DNA of 64,000 bases, taken from NCBI RefSeq assembly GCF_902713615.1, contig NW_024055498.1, positions 4,768,554 through 4,832,553 of the forward strand, read 5' to 3'. A model generated the notes under the pieces. The model ran no database searches, was not told where the DNA came from, and saw only the letters and a list, made by a program, of their open reading frames with translations. Positions within the stretch are counted from its first letter, which is position 1, and the number at the start of each line of letters is the position of its first letter. Below, piece after piece: positions 47,862-60,627 of the stretch. This DNA is from Scyliorhinus canicula (taxonomy: Eukaryota). Position numbers and translations under genes: made by a program.

Positions 47862-48539
47862 ATGGAGAAACCGTGGAAATGTGGGGACTCTGAGCTGGAG
47901 GTTCACCGGCGCAGTCACACTGGGGAGAGGCCATTCACCTGCTCTCAGTGTGGGAAGGGATTCACTCGGTTATCCCACCTGCAGACACATCAGCGAGTCC
48001 ACAATGGGGAGAGGCCATTCACCTGCTCTCAGTGTGGGAAGGGATTCAGCCATTCATCCACCTTGCAAACACATCAGCGAATTCACACTGGGGAGAGGCC
48101 ATTCACCTGCTCTCAGTGTGGGAAGGGATTAATTGATTTATCCACCCTGCAGAGACATCAGCGAGTTCACACTGGGGTGAGGCCATTCACCTGCTCTCAG
48201 TGTGGGAAGGGCTTCACGCAGTTATCCAGCCTGCAGGCACACAAACGAATTCACACTCGGGAGAAGCCATTCACCTGCTCTCAGTGTGGGAAGAGATTCC
48301 GTGCTGCATTCTCCCTGCGAAGACATCAGCGAACTCATACTGGGGAGAAGCCATTCACCTGCTCTCAATGTGGGAAGGGATTCGCTCAGTTATCCAGCCT
48401 GCGAAGACACCAGCGAGTTCACACTGGGGAGACGTCATTCATCTGCTCTCAGTGTGGGAAGGGATTCAGTGATTTTTCCATCCTGGAGAGACACCAGCGA
48501 GTTCACACTGAGGAGAGGCCAGTCACCAGCTCTCAGTGA
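47862..48539 (+). CDS. KRAB-less C2H2 zinc-finger ORF (copy 2): 7 intact fingers, prematurely terminated; possible pseudogene
   Basis: MEKPWKCGD with an in-frame deletion in finger 1, then 7 fingers, then TGT>TGA at a Cys. Frameshifted finger remnants continue to ~48658 and again at 54820-54960 beyond a CR1 insertion. Confidence 0.75.
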   Translation: MEKPWKCGDSELEVHRRSHTGERPFTCSQCGKGFTRLSHLQTHQRVHNGERPFTCSQCGKGFSHSSTLQTHQRIHTGERPFTCSQCGKGLIDLSTLQRHQRVHTGVRPFTCSQCGKGFTQLSSLQAHKRIHTREKPFTCSQCGKRFRAAFSLRRHQRTHTGEKPFTCSQCGKGFAQLSSLRRHQRVHTGETSFICSQCGKGFSDFSILERHQRVHTEERPVTSSQ

Positions 48540-49165
48540 GGGAAGGGATTTATTGCTTCATCCACCCTGTGGAAACATCAGCGGATTCACACGGGGAGAA
48601 GTCATTCATCTGCTCCCTATGTGGGAATGGATTCACACAGTTATCCAGTCTGCAGAAGGGATTACATAGAAACATAGAATATAGGAGCAGGAAGAGGCCA
48701 TTTGGCCCGACGAGCCTGCTCCACCATTCATCGTGATCGTGGCTTGTCTCCAACTCAATAGCTTAATCCTGATTTCCCCTCCATAGCCTTTGATCTCTTT
48801 CACCCTAAGTGCCATATCTAACTGCTTCTGCTGTGTGGGCAGCACAGTGGTTAGCACTGTGGCTTCACAGTGCCAGTGTCCCAGGTTCGACTCCTGGCTT
48901 GAGTCGCTGTCTGTGCGGAGTCTGCATGTTCTCCCCATGTCTGCGTGGGTTTCCTCCAGATGCTCCGGTTTCCTCCCACTCGTCCCGAACGTTGTGCTGT
49001 TGGGTAATTTGGATATCTTGAATTCTCCCTCGGTGTACCTGAACAGGCGCAGGAATGTGGCGGCAAGGAGCTTTTCACAGTAACTTCAATGCAATGTAAG
49101 CCTACTTGTGACAATAAAGATTATTATTATTCTTGAAAACATGCAATGTAATGGCCTCAACTACT

Positions 49166-51495
49166 TCAAACAACAAAGAAGAACAATACAGCACAGGAAC
49201 AGGCCCTTTGGCCCTCCAAGTCCGTACCGTCATGATGGCAACCTTTGCCAAAACCCTCAGCACTTCCTTGTGCCGTATCCCTCTATACCCATCCTATCCA
49301 TGTGTTTGTCAAGGTGCCTTTTGAACGCCGTTAATGTATCTGCTTCCACAACCTCCCCAGGCAACGCGTTCCAGGCACTCACCACCCTCTGTTTTTTTTT
49401 AAAAACCTGCCTCGCACATCTCCTCTAAACTTTGCCCTAAGGACGTTTAACCTAATGCCCCCTGGTGACTGACCCCTCCACCCTGGGAAAGAGTGCCTGC
49501 CCCTCCACTCTATCCATGCCCCTCGTAATCTTGTCGACCTCTATCAGGTCATCCCTGAACCTCCGTCTTTCTAATGAAAACAATCCGAGTCGATTCAGCC
49601 TCTCCACATAGCTAACACCCTCCAGACCAGGCACAATCCTGGTCAACCGCCTCTGCACCCTCTCCACATCCTTCCGGTAGTGTGACGACCACAATTGTGC
49701 GCAATATTCCAAGTGCAGCCTCACTAAGGTTCTATACAGCTGCAGCATGACTTGCCAGTTTTCATTCTCAATGAAGGCAAGCGTTCTGTATTCTTTCTTG
49801 ACTACCTTGTCCAATTGAGTTGCCACCTACAAAGATCTGTGGACCTGCACACCCAGATCTCTCTGACTTTCTATATTCCGAAGACTTTTACCATTTATGG
49901 AATATTTTCCTTCTGTTAGACCTACCAAAATGCATTCCCTCTCATTGGTCCAGATCAAACTCCATTTGCCATTTCTCTGCCAAGTCTCCACCCTATCTAT
50001 GTCCCGCTACATTTTCCGACAATTCTCCCCACTATCTATCACTCCACCAACCTTGGTGTCATTCACAAACTGACTAATCAGACCGGCTACATTTTCCTCC
50101 AAATGGTTTATGTACCCTGCAAACAACAGAGGCCAAGGCACAGATCCCTGTGGAACACCACTAGTCACAACCTTCCATTCAGGAAAAACATCCTTCTACT
50201 GCTACCCTTTGCCTTCTGTGAGCAAGCCAGTTCTGTACCATTCTTACCACCTCACCTCTGATCCCACGTGACTTCACCTTTTGTACCAGTCTGCCATGAG
50301 GCGCCTTGTCAAAGGCTTCACTGAATTCCATGTAAACAACATCCACTGCCCTCCCCTCATCAATCATCTTTGTTACCTCTTCAAAAAACTCAATCAAGTT
50401 AGTGAGGCATGACCTCCCCTTCATAAAACCATGTTGTCTATCGCATATGAGTCCATTTGTTTCCAAATGGGTATAAATCCTGTCCTCGATAATTCTCTCC
50501 AGTAATTTACCTACAACCGAGGTGAGGCTCCTTGTCTATAGTTTCCGGGATTATCCTTGCAACCTTTCTTAAACAGCGGTAGCACATTAGCTATTCTCCA
50601 ATCCTCTGGGATCTCACCTGTAGCCAATGAGGATACAAAGATGTCAGTCAAGGCCCCAGCAATTTCCTCCCTTGCTTCCCTCAGTATTCTGGGATAAATC
50701 CCATCTGGCCTAGGAGACGTATCTACCTTTAATATATTTTTAAAAACCCAATACCTCCTCCTTTTCGATGTTAACGTGACCCATACTGTCCACACACCTA
50801 CCCAAGAATGACCTTCCACAAAGTCCCTCTTTAGTGAACACTGATGCAAAGTATTCATTTCCTCTGGCTCAACACATAGATTCCCCCCACTTTCCTTAAG
50901 TGGTCCAATCCTTTCCCTGGCCACCCTCTTGCTTTTTACACATGAATAAAAAGCTTTGGGATTCACCTTGATCCTACTTGCCATGGACTTTTCATGACCT
51001 CTTCCAGTCCTCCTAATTTCCCGCTTCAGTACATTCCTACTTTCTTTATACTACTCGAGGGTTTTGACTGTCCCCATCCTTCTCGGCCATACAAAAGTCT
51101 CCTTTTTATTTTTGACGAAGTTCACGTTATCCCTTGTCTTCCAAGACTCCCTAAACTTTCCATACTTACCCTTTGTTCTTTCAGGAATGTGACTTTCCTA
51201 AATCCTAATCAACTGGCGCTTGAAAGACTCCCACATGTCCGATGTTGATTAACTATCCAACAGTCGCACCCAATCCAAATTCTTCGATTCCTGTCTAATG
51301 TTATCGTAATTTGTCTTTCCCCAGTTTAGCTCCTTAACGTGAGGGTTATCCATGTCCAAAAGTACCCTAAAGCATACAAAATTGTGGTCACTACTCCCAA
51401 AATGTTCCCCTACTGAAACCTCAACCACCTGTCCAGGCTCTCCCCAATACCAGATGTAGTACTGCCCCTTTGCTATGTTGAACTATCTGCATATT
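49166..51495 (-). mobile_element. Inner CR1 LINE (different subfamily) nested in the outer CR1
   Basis: Tail aacaaagaagaacaatacagcacagg; peptides LYRTLVRLHLEYC, QHGFMKGRSCLTNLIEFF, PDGIYPRIL. Confidence 0.85.
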
Positions 51496-52094
51496 GCATC
51501 AAGTAATATTCCACATGCTCACCACTCTGGTGAAATTTCTCCTCATCTCTGTCCTAAATGGTCTACCCCGTATCCTCAGACTGTGAAGTCTGGTACTGTA
51601 CACTCCCACCATCAAACCTGTCAAGTCCTGTTAAAATATTATAGGTCTCTATGAGATCCCCACCCGCCCTCATTCTTCTGAACTCCAGCGGGTACAATCC
51701 TAACTGATTCCATCTCTCATACGTCAGTCCTACCATCCCAGGAATGAGTCTGGTAAACCTTCGCTGCACTCTTTCTCGAGCAAGAACATCCTTCCTCGGA
51801 TAAGGAGACCAATACTATACACAATATTCCAGGTATGGCCTCGCCCTGTCCTGTATAATTGCAGCAAGATATTCCTGCTCCTGTACTGGAATCCGCTCAC
51901 AATGAAGACCAGCATATCATTTGCCTCCTTTAACGCATTTCTCCAAATTATACTGTATCTGCCATTCATTTGCCCCTCACTCAACTTGTCCCAATCACAC
52001 TGAAGGATCTCTGCATCCTCCTCACAGCTCACCCTCCCACGCAACATGTGTCATCTGCAAATTTGGATATGATCATTGAAATCATTAATATATA

Positions 52095-52310
52095 GGATGG
52101 TGCAGTGGTTAGCACAGCTGCCTCATGGAACTGAGGATCAGGATTCACTCCCGGCCTTGGGTCACTGTCCATGTGGAGACAGGTTCTCCCCGTGTCTGCA
52201 TGGGTCTCACCCCCATAAACCCAAAGATGTGCAGGGTAGGTGAGTTGGTCACACTAAATTGCCCCTTAATTGGAAAAAAATAATTAGGGTACTTTAATTT
52301 AAAAAACAAA
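52095..52310 (+). mobile_element. Short V-SINE (family B), diverged
   Basis: Head/core and ttaattggaaaaaaataatt tail. Confidence 0.8.
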
Positions 52311-53183
52311 ATCATTAATATGAATATCTTGCATCCGAGCACCGATCCCTGCGGTACCCCACTAGTCACTGCCTGCCAATTTGAAAAAGACCCATTAATA
52401 CCTACTCTTTGTTCCCTGTCTGCCAACCAGTTTTCTATTCACTCCCATGTGCTTTTATTTTACACACTAATTTCTTATACAGGACTTTGTCAAAAGCCAT
52501 CTGAAAGTCCAAATATAATAATAATAATCACTTATTGTCACAAGTAGGCTTCAATGAAGCTTCTGCAGAAAGCCCCCAGTCGCCACAATCTGCCGCCTGT
52601 TCGGGGAGGCTGGTACAGGAATTGAACTTGCGCTGCTGCCTTGTTCTGCATTACCAGCCAGCTATTTAGCCCAGTGTGCCAAACCAGCCCCTATACCACA
52701 TCCACTGGCTCTCCCTCATCAACTCTACCAGTTACACCCTGGAAGCATTCCAGTAGATTTGTCAAGCATGATTTCCCCTTCATCAATCCATGCTGACTCT
52801 GTCCGATCCTGCCACTGGTTTCTCAGTACTTTGCTATAAAACCTTTGATAATTGATGCTAGTATTTTCCCCACTACTGACGTCACGCTTACTGGTCTACA
52901 ATTCCCTGTTTCCTCTCTATCTCCCTTTTTAAATAGTGGAGTTACATAAACCACCCTCCAATCTGCAGGAACTGTTCCAGAGTCTGTAGAATCCTGGAAG
53001 ATGACCACCAATGTATCCACTATTTCTAGACCCACTTCTTTAAGACCGTTGGGTTGCAGATTATCAGGCCCAGGGGATTTATCAGCCTTCCATCCCATCA
53101 ATTTCCCCAACACCATTTCTCTACTAATATTAATCTCCTTCAGTTCCTCCCTCTCACTAAATCCTGCCTTCCCCAACATTTCT

Positions 53184-53880
53184 GGGGCAGGATTCTCTGA
53201 CCGCCCGCCAGGTTGGAGAATCGCAGTGGGGCGGCGGCACCTCTGCCGGCTGTCAAATTCTCTGACTCCGATGATTTGCCGGGGGGGCGTGGGGGGAATC
53301 GCGACGCACCAGTATGCGGCCACTGCCGCGCCCCCCCCCGGTGATTCTCTGGGCCAAGTGGCCACCTGTTTTTTTGCCTGTCCTTCCGGTGTAAATTGGA
53401 GTAGGTACTTACTGGTGGGACCTGGTGGCATAGGCGGCCTCCGGAGTCCTCGAGAGGGCACAGGGGGATCTGGCCCCAGGAGGTGCCCACACGGTAGCCT
53501 GGCCTGCGATCGGGGCCCACCGATCTGCGGGCAGGGCTGTGCCACGGGGGCACTCTCATCCTCCGCGTCGGCTGCTGTGATCCTCCACCATGGCCAACGC
53601 GGAGAAGATACTCCCTGCGCATGCGCTGGAATGATGCCAGCACACGCTAGCACTTGCCGCATGCGCCAACTCGTGCCAGCTGGTGGAGGCCCTTCGCCTC
53701 CAGTTGTCATGGTGCCAAGCCCCTTGCCAGCCAGCAAGGCGCAAACCACTCTGGCGCTGGCATAGTCTCTGACTGTGCTGAGGATTCTGCACCTTTGGGG
53801 TGGCCCGACGCTGGAGTCGTTCACGCCACTCCTTCCCGCCGGACTTGCCCGGCCCACCAATTTCCGCACTATCCCGCCCC
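53184..53880. mobile_element. GC-rich MITE-like non-autonomous DNA transposon (~697 bp) inserted in CR1
   Basis: Ends ggggcaggat / atcccgcccc (9/10 inverted match); the host CR1 rejoins across it (ccccaacatttct...ggtatctgatttgtg). Confidence 0.7.
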
Positions 53881-54218
53881 GGTATCTGATTTGTGCTCTC
53901 ATTTGTGAAGACAGAACCAAAGTATATATTTATTTGCTCAGCCATTTCTTTGTTCCCTATTATACATTCCCCTGTTTCTGGCTGGAAGGAACCTACATTT
54001 GTCTTCACCAATCTTTTTCTCTTCACTTACCTATAGTAACTTTTACAATCAGAATAATTTCCTGTTTTATTCCATTCCCAACATCACCACTGCAGTTTGG
54101 GCGTCTGTATACGATGCCTATTTTTTTTTTGCCCCTTGGTGTTTCTCAGTTCTACCCATAGAGATTCCACATTGTCGGAGCTAATGTCCTTCCTCACTAT
54201 TGTACTAATTTCCTCTTT

Positions 54219-54442
54219 TTTTAAATAAATTTAGATTACCCAATTATTTTTTCCAATTAAGGGGCAATTTAGCGTGGCCAATACACCTACTCTGCACATT
54301 TTTTGGGTTGTGGGGGCGAAACCCACGCAGACACGGGGAGAATGTGCAAACTCCACACGGACAGTGACCCAGAGCCGGGATCGAACCTGGGACCTCAGCG
54401 CCGTGAGGCGGTTGTGCTAACCACTAGGCCACCGTGCTGCCC
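54219..54442 (-). mobile_element. Young short V-SINE (family B) with 14-bp TSD
   Basis: TSD ctaatttcctcttt at 54205-54218 and 54443-54456. Confidence 0.93.
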
Positions 54443-54819
54443 CTAATTTCCTCTTTAACCATGGGTAGCACGGCAGCACACTGGGTCATTGTCTGTGCAG
54501 AGTCTGTGTCTGTGTGGGATTCCTGCGGTTGCTCCCGTTTCCTCCCACAAGTCCTGAAAGACGTGCTGTGAGGTGAATTGGACATTCCGAATTCTCCCTC
54601 TGTACCCAAACAGGTGCCGGAATGTGTCGACTGGGGGATTTTCACAGCAACTTCATTGCAGCGTTAATGTAAGCCTGCTTCTGACAAGAGTAAAGATTTT
54701 TATTATTAACCAACACTGCTATTGCACAGCCTTTTCCTTTTTGTCTGTCCTTCCAAAATACTGAATATATTCAGTTCCCATCCCTGATTATCCTGCAGCC
54801 ATGTCTCCATAATCCCGAT

Positions 54820-55130
54820 TATCTCACGCGATTCACTCGGTTATGCCGTCTGCAGTCACACCAGGGAGTTCACACTGGGGAGAGGCTGTTCACCAGCCCT
54901 CAATGTGCGAAGGGGTTTTGTAATTCATCGCACTTCCTGAGACACCAACAAGTTCACAACTGATTACAGGGATTGGATTCTGCTGTTATTATTTCTGTTC
55001 TCAATTACATCCAGGACTACATTTTGTTCATTCTGTTGGTCAATGGGGATGGTCAGAGGGTTTCTTTCTGCTGGACTGGCCGGTCTCACGGCTTCGTCTC
55101 CAGTGGGCTGATTCTCTCTGAGCCTTCTTG
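54820..55130 (+). pseudogene. 3' remainder of ZNF copy 2 (finger remnant and 3' flank)
   Basis: gattcactcggtta...cagtcacaccagggagttcacactggggagagg; 54930-55660 parallels 33260-33800. Confidence 0.75.
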
Positions 55131-55984
55131 CGAACATCTGGTTTCACATTTCACAGGGATCAGAGTGAAAGGGGGTTTGGAGGTTAGAAGATATTTCATG
55201 ATCAGGGGAATAGATGGAGTAGACAGTCAGAGATTATTTCCCCCGGGTAGAACAAACCGTTACACGGGGACATAAATTTAAGGTGAATGGTGGAAGATAT
55301 AGGAGGGGGTTGTCTGTGCTGTATTTATTATGTTTGATGACCATTTCTGTTTGGAAACCGCCAAAATCATGCCACATTGCCATGAAGATGGGGCGGTGGT
55401 GGTTACATGGTGTTTAATTTATCTTGGTGCTTCTCACAGAAGAAAATTATTAGGGTATGAGGGGCAAGTTGTCTCAGGTGCACTGGAAAACGACATTAAA
55501 TAGTATGGTGGGAGACAGGCAGTCACTAATATTTAAGGAATTATTACAGATTTACACCGGGATCGGTTAGCTCAGTTGGCTGGATGGCTGGTTTGTGCTG
55601 AGTGACACCAACAGCACAGGTTAAATTCCCATAATGGCTGAGGTTAGCCATGGTCTGTGTCAGTATTTATGCTCCACATGATCCTCCACCCACTCCTCTA
55701 TATCTCACTTCATCAGCATCTCCCTCTATTCCTTTCTCGCTCATGTATGTATCTGGCTTTACATTCATTGGATTCATGCTGTTCACCTCAACCACTCGGT
55801 GTGGTAGTGAGTTCCACATTCTCACCACTCGCTGGGTAAAGAGGTTTCTACTGAAATTCCTATTGGATTATTGAATCCCTTTATCATTTTAAAGATTTCC
55901 ATCAGGTAATCCATAAGTCTTCTCTTTTCCAGAAAAAAAGCAGCCCCAGCCTTTCCTGAGTGTTAAATGCTCTCAGTTTTATAT

Positions 55985-57232
55985 ATTAGAACAAAGAACA
56001 AAGAAAAGTACAGCACAGGAACAGGCCCTTCGGCCCTCCAAGCCCGTGCCGACCATGCTGCCTGATCAAAATAAAACCTTCTACACTTCCTGGGTTCGTA
56101 TCCCTCTATTCCCATCCTATTCGTGTTTTTGTCAAGTTGCCCCTTAAATGTCACTATTGTCCCTGTTTCCACCACCTCCTCCGGCAGCGGGTTCCAGGCA
56201 CCCACTACCCCCTGTGTAAAAAAAAAAAAACTTGCCTCGTACATCGCCTCTAAACCTTGCCCCTCGCACCATAAACCTATGCCTCCTAGTAATTGACCCC
56301 TCTACCCTGGGGAAAAGCCTCTGACTATCCACTGTGTTTATGCCCCTCTTAATTTTGTAGACCTCGATCAGGTTGCCCCTCAATCTCCGTCATTCCAGTG
56401 AGAACAAACCAAGTTTATTCAACCACTACTCATAGCTAATGCCCTCCAAACCAAGTAGCATCCTGGTAAATGTCTTCTGCACCCTCTCTAAAGCCTCCAC
56501 ATCCTTCTGGTAGTGTGGCGACCAGAATTGAATACTATACTCCAAGTGTGGCCCAACTAAGGTTCTATACAGCTGCAACATGACTTGTCAATTCTTATAC
56601 TCAATACCCCAGCCAATGAAGGCAAGCATGCCGTATGCCTTCTTGACTACCTTCTCCACCTGTGTTGCCCCTTTCAGTAACCTGTGGACCTGTACACCTA
56701 GATCTCTCGGACTTTCAATACTCTTGAGGGTTCTACCATTCACTGTATATTCCCTACCTGCATTAGACCTTCAAAAATGCATTACCTCACATTTGACCGG
56801 ATTAAACTCCATCTGCCATCTCTCCACCCAAGTCTCCAAACGATCTAAATCCTGCTTTATCCTCTGACAGTCCTCATCGCTATCCGCAATTCCACCGACT
56901 TTTGTGTCGTCTGCAAACTTACTAATCAGACCAGTTACATTTTCCTCCAAATCATTTATATATACTATGAACAGCAACGGTCCCAGCACTCATCCCTGCA
57001 GAACACCACTAGTCACAGCCCTCTAATTAGAAAAGCACCCTTCCATTGCTACTCTCTGCCTTCTTTGACCTAGCCAGTTCTGTATCCACCTTGCCAGCTC
57101 ACCCCTGATCCCGTGTGACTTCACCTTTTGTACCAGTCTACAATGAGGGACCTTGTCAAATGCCTTACTGAAGTCCATATAGACAATATCCACTGCCCTA
57201 CCTGCATCAATCATCTTTGTGACCTCTTCGAA
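55985..57232 (-). mobile_element. CR1 LINE, 5'-truncated, relatively young
   Basis: (agaacaa)n tail; LGPLLFIVYINDL...KFADDTKVGG and YMDFSKAFDKVPH RT motifs. Confidence 0.9.
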
Positions 57233-58134
57233 ACCCCTTCACAAAATTTTATGAATCTTTGCTACACCATATCCAATGCCTCTATTTCCTTTTTCTAAGT
57301 GGAGATGACCAATGTTGACAGTGCTCCGAGTGTAGTCTAAACCTGGTAATCGAGTTGAACATTTCCTCCGTGCTTTTCAATTCTATCCCTTCAGAATGGA
57401 ACCCTATATATGAGTCCCACACTTTCGGAAAATCTGAAGTTCTACGAGAATGGCACCAGGGATGAGGGATTCCAGTTAGTAGGAGTGACTGGAACAGTTA
57501 CATTTCTGTCCTGAGATCACAGCATCTGGAGGGTGGGGAATGGGGTCATTTCACCCTTTGAGACCATGTCGGCTCCCTGTGGAACAAGCCAGTCTGTCCA
57601 TTACCCCGTTCTATTTCTAAATCCCCGTAGGTTTATTTCTCTCCGTGCCCGTCCAATTTTGTATTGAAATCCTTCCATCATCTCTGCATCTCCTACCCTC
57701 ATAGGCAGTAGGTTCCAGGTCATTATCACTCACTTTATATGTACACAAGGCTGTTTGAACACAGAGGAGTCCATTTGGCCCATTTTCCCATGCCAGCTCT
57801 TTGGACAGCGACCCATTTAATTCCATAGTTCGACTATTTTGTTTTCTTTTTCAGAATGTACCAAATTCCCTTTTGGAAGTTACAGTCCAATGAGATTCCA
57901 GCACCATTTATGGACAGTGCATTCCAAATCTCAACAACTCGCTGTGTTTTACAACAAATAATTGCACATGGTGTGTCTGGTGTTTCACAGAGTATTCAAA
58001 ATGGTGTCAACACCTTGGTTATTACACAAAATTAAGGCTCAATCTTTATCAATGATTCTGGTGAGGACACAGAGTGTAATATATCTTAGTTTGCGGACAA
58101 TTAGAACAAATGTACATTTCTATAAAACCTCTCA

Positions 58135-58215
58135 CTACCACTGGACCTCCTAAAGTGTTTTAAAGCCAATGGAGTACTTTTGAACCATATTCACTGTTGT
58201 AATGCAGGAAGCTGG
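58135..58215 (-). mobile_element. 3' tail fragment resembling the SacSINE1/AmnSINE1 (DeuSINE) group
   Basis: aagccaatggagtacttttgaa....ttcactgttgtaatgcaggaa resembles the reverse of that tail as I recall it; short. Confidence 0.4.
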
Positions 58216-59340
58216 AAGTACTCGTGTGTGATCACATTTAGTTTTTAAATTGTTATTTTCATAGTGTATTCACTGTCATTAGTAACAAGGTCAAGGAAGC
58301 CCTTTTATACCTCGAACATGTGGCTTCCTGCAGCCATTTCACCGTCTGTACCTGTACCTTTTCTATATTAAGTATGTATTGATTTAATAGCAAAAAAACA
58401 ATAATTATATTAATGATTATTCAGTAGTGAACATTGATTATCATTAGTGAATTGGTGTATTGGGTAATTATATTGCAAAGATTAGATCTTTATTGTAGAA
58501 AATTACACTATCAACCAAAATGTTCTCAGAAACTGCAGAGCTGTCAGAACTTGTTTGAAAAACTAAATTACTTTATAATTTTGAGAAGTTACAAGACATC
58601 ATATTCTGCCAAGCCTATGTGGCTAGGTAGTGGAGTAATGGTATTGTTACTGGGCTAGTAATCCAGAGACCCCGGTTAATGCCCATACCAGCCTCCCCGG
58701 ACAGGCGCCGGAATGTGGCGACTAGGGGCTTTTCACAGTAACTTCATTGAAGCCTACTCATGACACTAAGCGATTTTCATTTCATTTCATTTCAATGCTC
58801 TGGGGATCGAATCTGGCTATGACAGATATTGAAATTGAATTAAAGTCTCAAATTAAAAGTCTAATGATGACATTGTTGATGTTGTAAAAACCCATCTGGT
58901 TCACTAATATCCTTCAGGAAACCTGCTCTCCTCACGTGGCCTGGCCGACACGTGTCTCCAGAGTGACAGCAATGTTGGGATTGACTTCAACGTGCCCTAT
59001 GAAATAGCCTCGCAAGACACTCAGTTCAAGGGCAATTGGATTGAGCAGTAAATGCTGATCCAGCCAGTGACGCCCACCTCCCATGAATGAATAAATTTTA
59101 ACAAGGCCCATTGTTCAATCTGAAGACTGTCTCTTTGATTGGATTTGATTAATTATCACGTGTACCGAGGTACAATGAAAAAAATTGTTCTGCGTACAGT
59201 CCAGATAGATCGTTTCATACATGAAAAAACAAAGTGCGGATCTTGGCAGTTTGCTCAGTTCACTAAAGAATTTAATGGCTTTGTAGACACAGATTAACAT
59301 GTTAATCACCATTCAAACATATCTAATGGTAATGTGTGCT

Positions 59341-59586
59341 TGTGGTAATACCACTGTATATATATATATATGTGTGTGCCTCTATTAGGGGATGTACAAT
59401 AGTACCGGCTATTACAGGTTTGTCGGTAAGCCCCTGCCAGCTAGCTCCGCCCACAGAAGCAGTATAAATATCCGTGCGGTCTCCTGAGCTGCCATTTTAC
59501 AGCTCCACTTGAGGTAATAACATCTCAAGGTAATAAAGCCTCTTTTGTACCGTTTCGTGTTTCTGTGTGCAATTGTTAGCGCAACA
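59341..59586 (+). mobile_element. Solo LTR, 246 bp, 5-bp TSD
   Basis: TGT...ACA termini; GTGCT at 59336-59340 and 59587-59591; TATAAATA 59463 and AATAAA 59532. Confidence 0.85.
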
Positions 59587-60461
59587 GTGCTCATATAGAC
59601 AGACACAAACGAATCAATAACTGAATGAGAGGCAATCTAGAGAATTAACTGAACCAACTTGTTGAAAAAAAGTCTTCTTGATGGAGAAACAGGAAAAGCT
59701 TCTCAGGGAGATGAGGACATCCAGGCTCAGTACGAATTTGCTGTTACCCCTCCTTTCTTATACATGAATGGTATTTAGGCTGCAGAATTTTTCACATCAA
59801 AACACAGGGGTCAAATATAAGCAACACATAATTCTCATTTCACTTCCATTTAACTATATTTGACTTCGTTTAAAAGCTGACTGTGGTCAAACTGAACAAA
59901 GCATCATGGGATTTGTATTACCCAGTTAACAACTTTCTTATTTCAGAGTTATTCAATTCAGAATGAAGATATATATAATAAATAAAAATACTGATGTTAA
60001 GCATTGAATAATGAAACAAAAATTGAGTAAATGTGGATGATTTTTTTCTGTAGGGCGACAAGAATGATGTATTAATAATTGAAGAGAAAGCATTGTTCCG
60101 TTAGATATTTGCTGAACAAATGCTTTAGTTCAATATAAGTTCTATTTCTTCTGGTCTGGTAAGTTGAGACATTTGTTTTAAAGAAACAGACGTCTTCTTG
60201 TAAGAAGTGACACGGCCTCTCAGCCGAAGCATGAGAATAATAATCGCTTATTGTCATAAGTAGGCTTCAGTGAAGTTTCCGTGAAAAGCCCCTCGTCGCC
60301 ACATTCCGGCGCCTGTTCAGGGAGGCCGGTACGGGAATTGAATCTGCATTGCTCTGTATTGCAAGCCAGCTATTTAGCCCACTATGCTAAATCAGCCCCT
60401 GCTGCAACAAGACAGTTCAGATGAATGTGTCACTGGTCCTTTGGCTGCCACATTGCCAGCT

Positions 60462-60534
60462 GTGCCTGTAATGTAGTGTGTATCACATTCACCTCACAGG
60501 CGAAAGGTCCCCAGTTCGAAACCAAACAGAAACA
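60462..60534 (+). tRNA. tRNA-Val(CAC) pseudogene
   Basis: Colinear 73-nt match to vertebrate tRNA-Val-CAC (cctCACa anticodon loop, gcgaaaggtcccc, gttcgaaacc); acceptor and T stems mispaired. Confidence 0.8.
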
Positions 60535-60627
60535 TCACATGCTTCAGGTTTAGTCTGTGCTGAATACTACCTCAATCTCGTAACTGGTCTTCATCAAAGA
60601 AAAATATCAAAAGCCATGCACAACTAT

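Larger units (their letters stand above)
48663..54830 (-). mobile_element. Outer CR1 LINE inserted into the ZNF copy-2 finger array
   Basis: Tail acatagaaacatagaatataggagcagg at 48663; consensus continues at 49131-49165 and 51500-54830 (GVPQGSVLG, TPLFKKG, KTNVG peptides). Confidence 0.8.

Noticed and set aside
20570-49083. Many recurrent 60-110 aa ORFs containing CSGFLPQSKDV or GFPPGAPVSSHSPK
   Set aside because: Translations of the V-SINE core.
52823-54026. 365-aa, 254-aa and overlapping ORFs
   Set aside because: Chimeras of CR1 ORF2 fragments and the GC-rich MITE, which has few stops.
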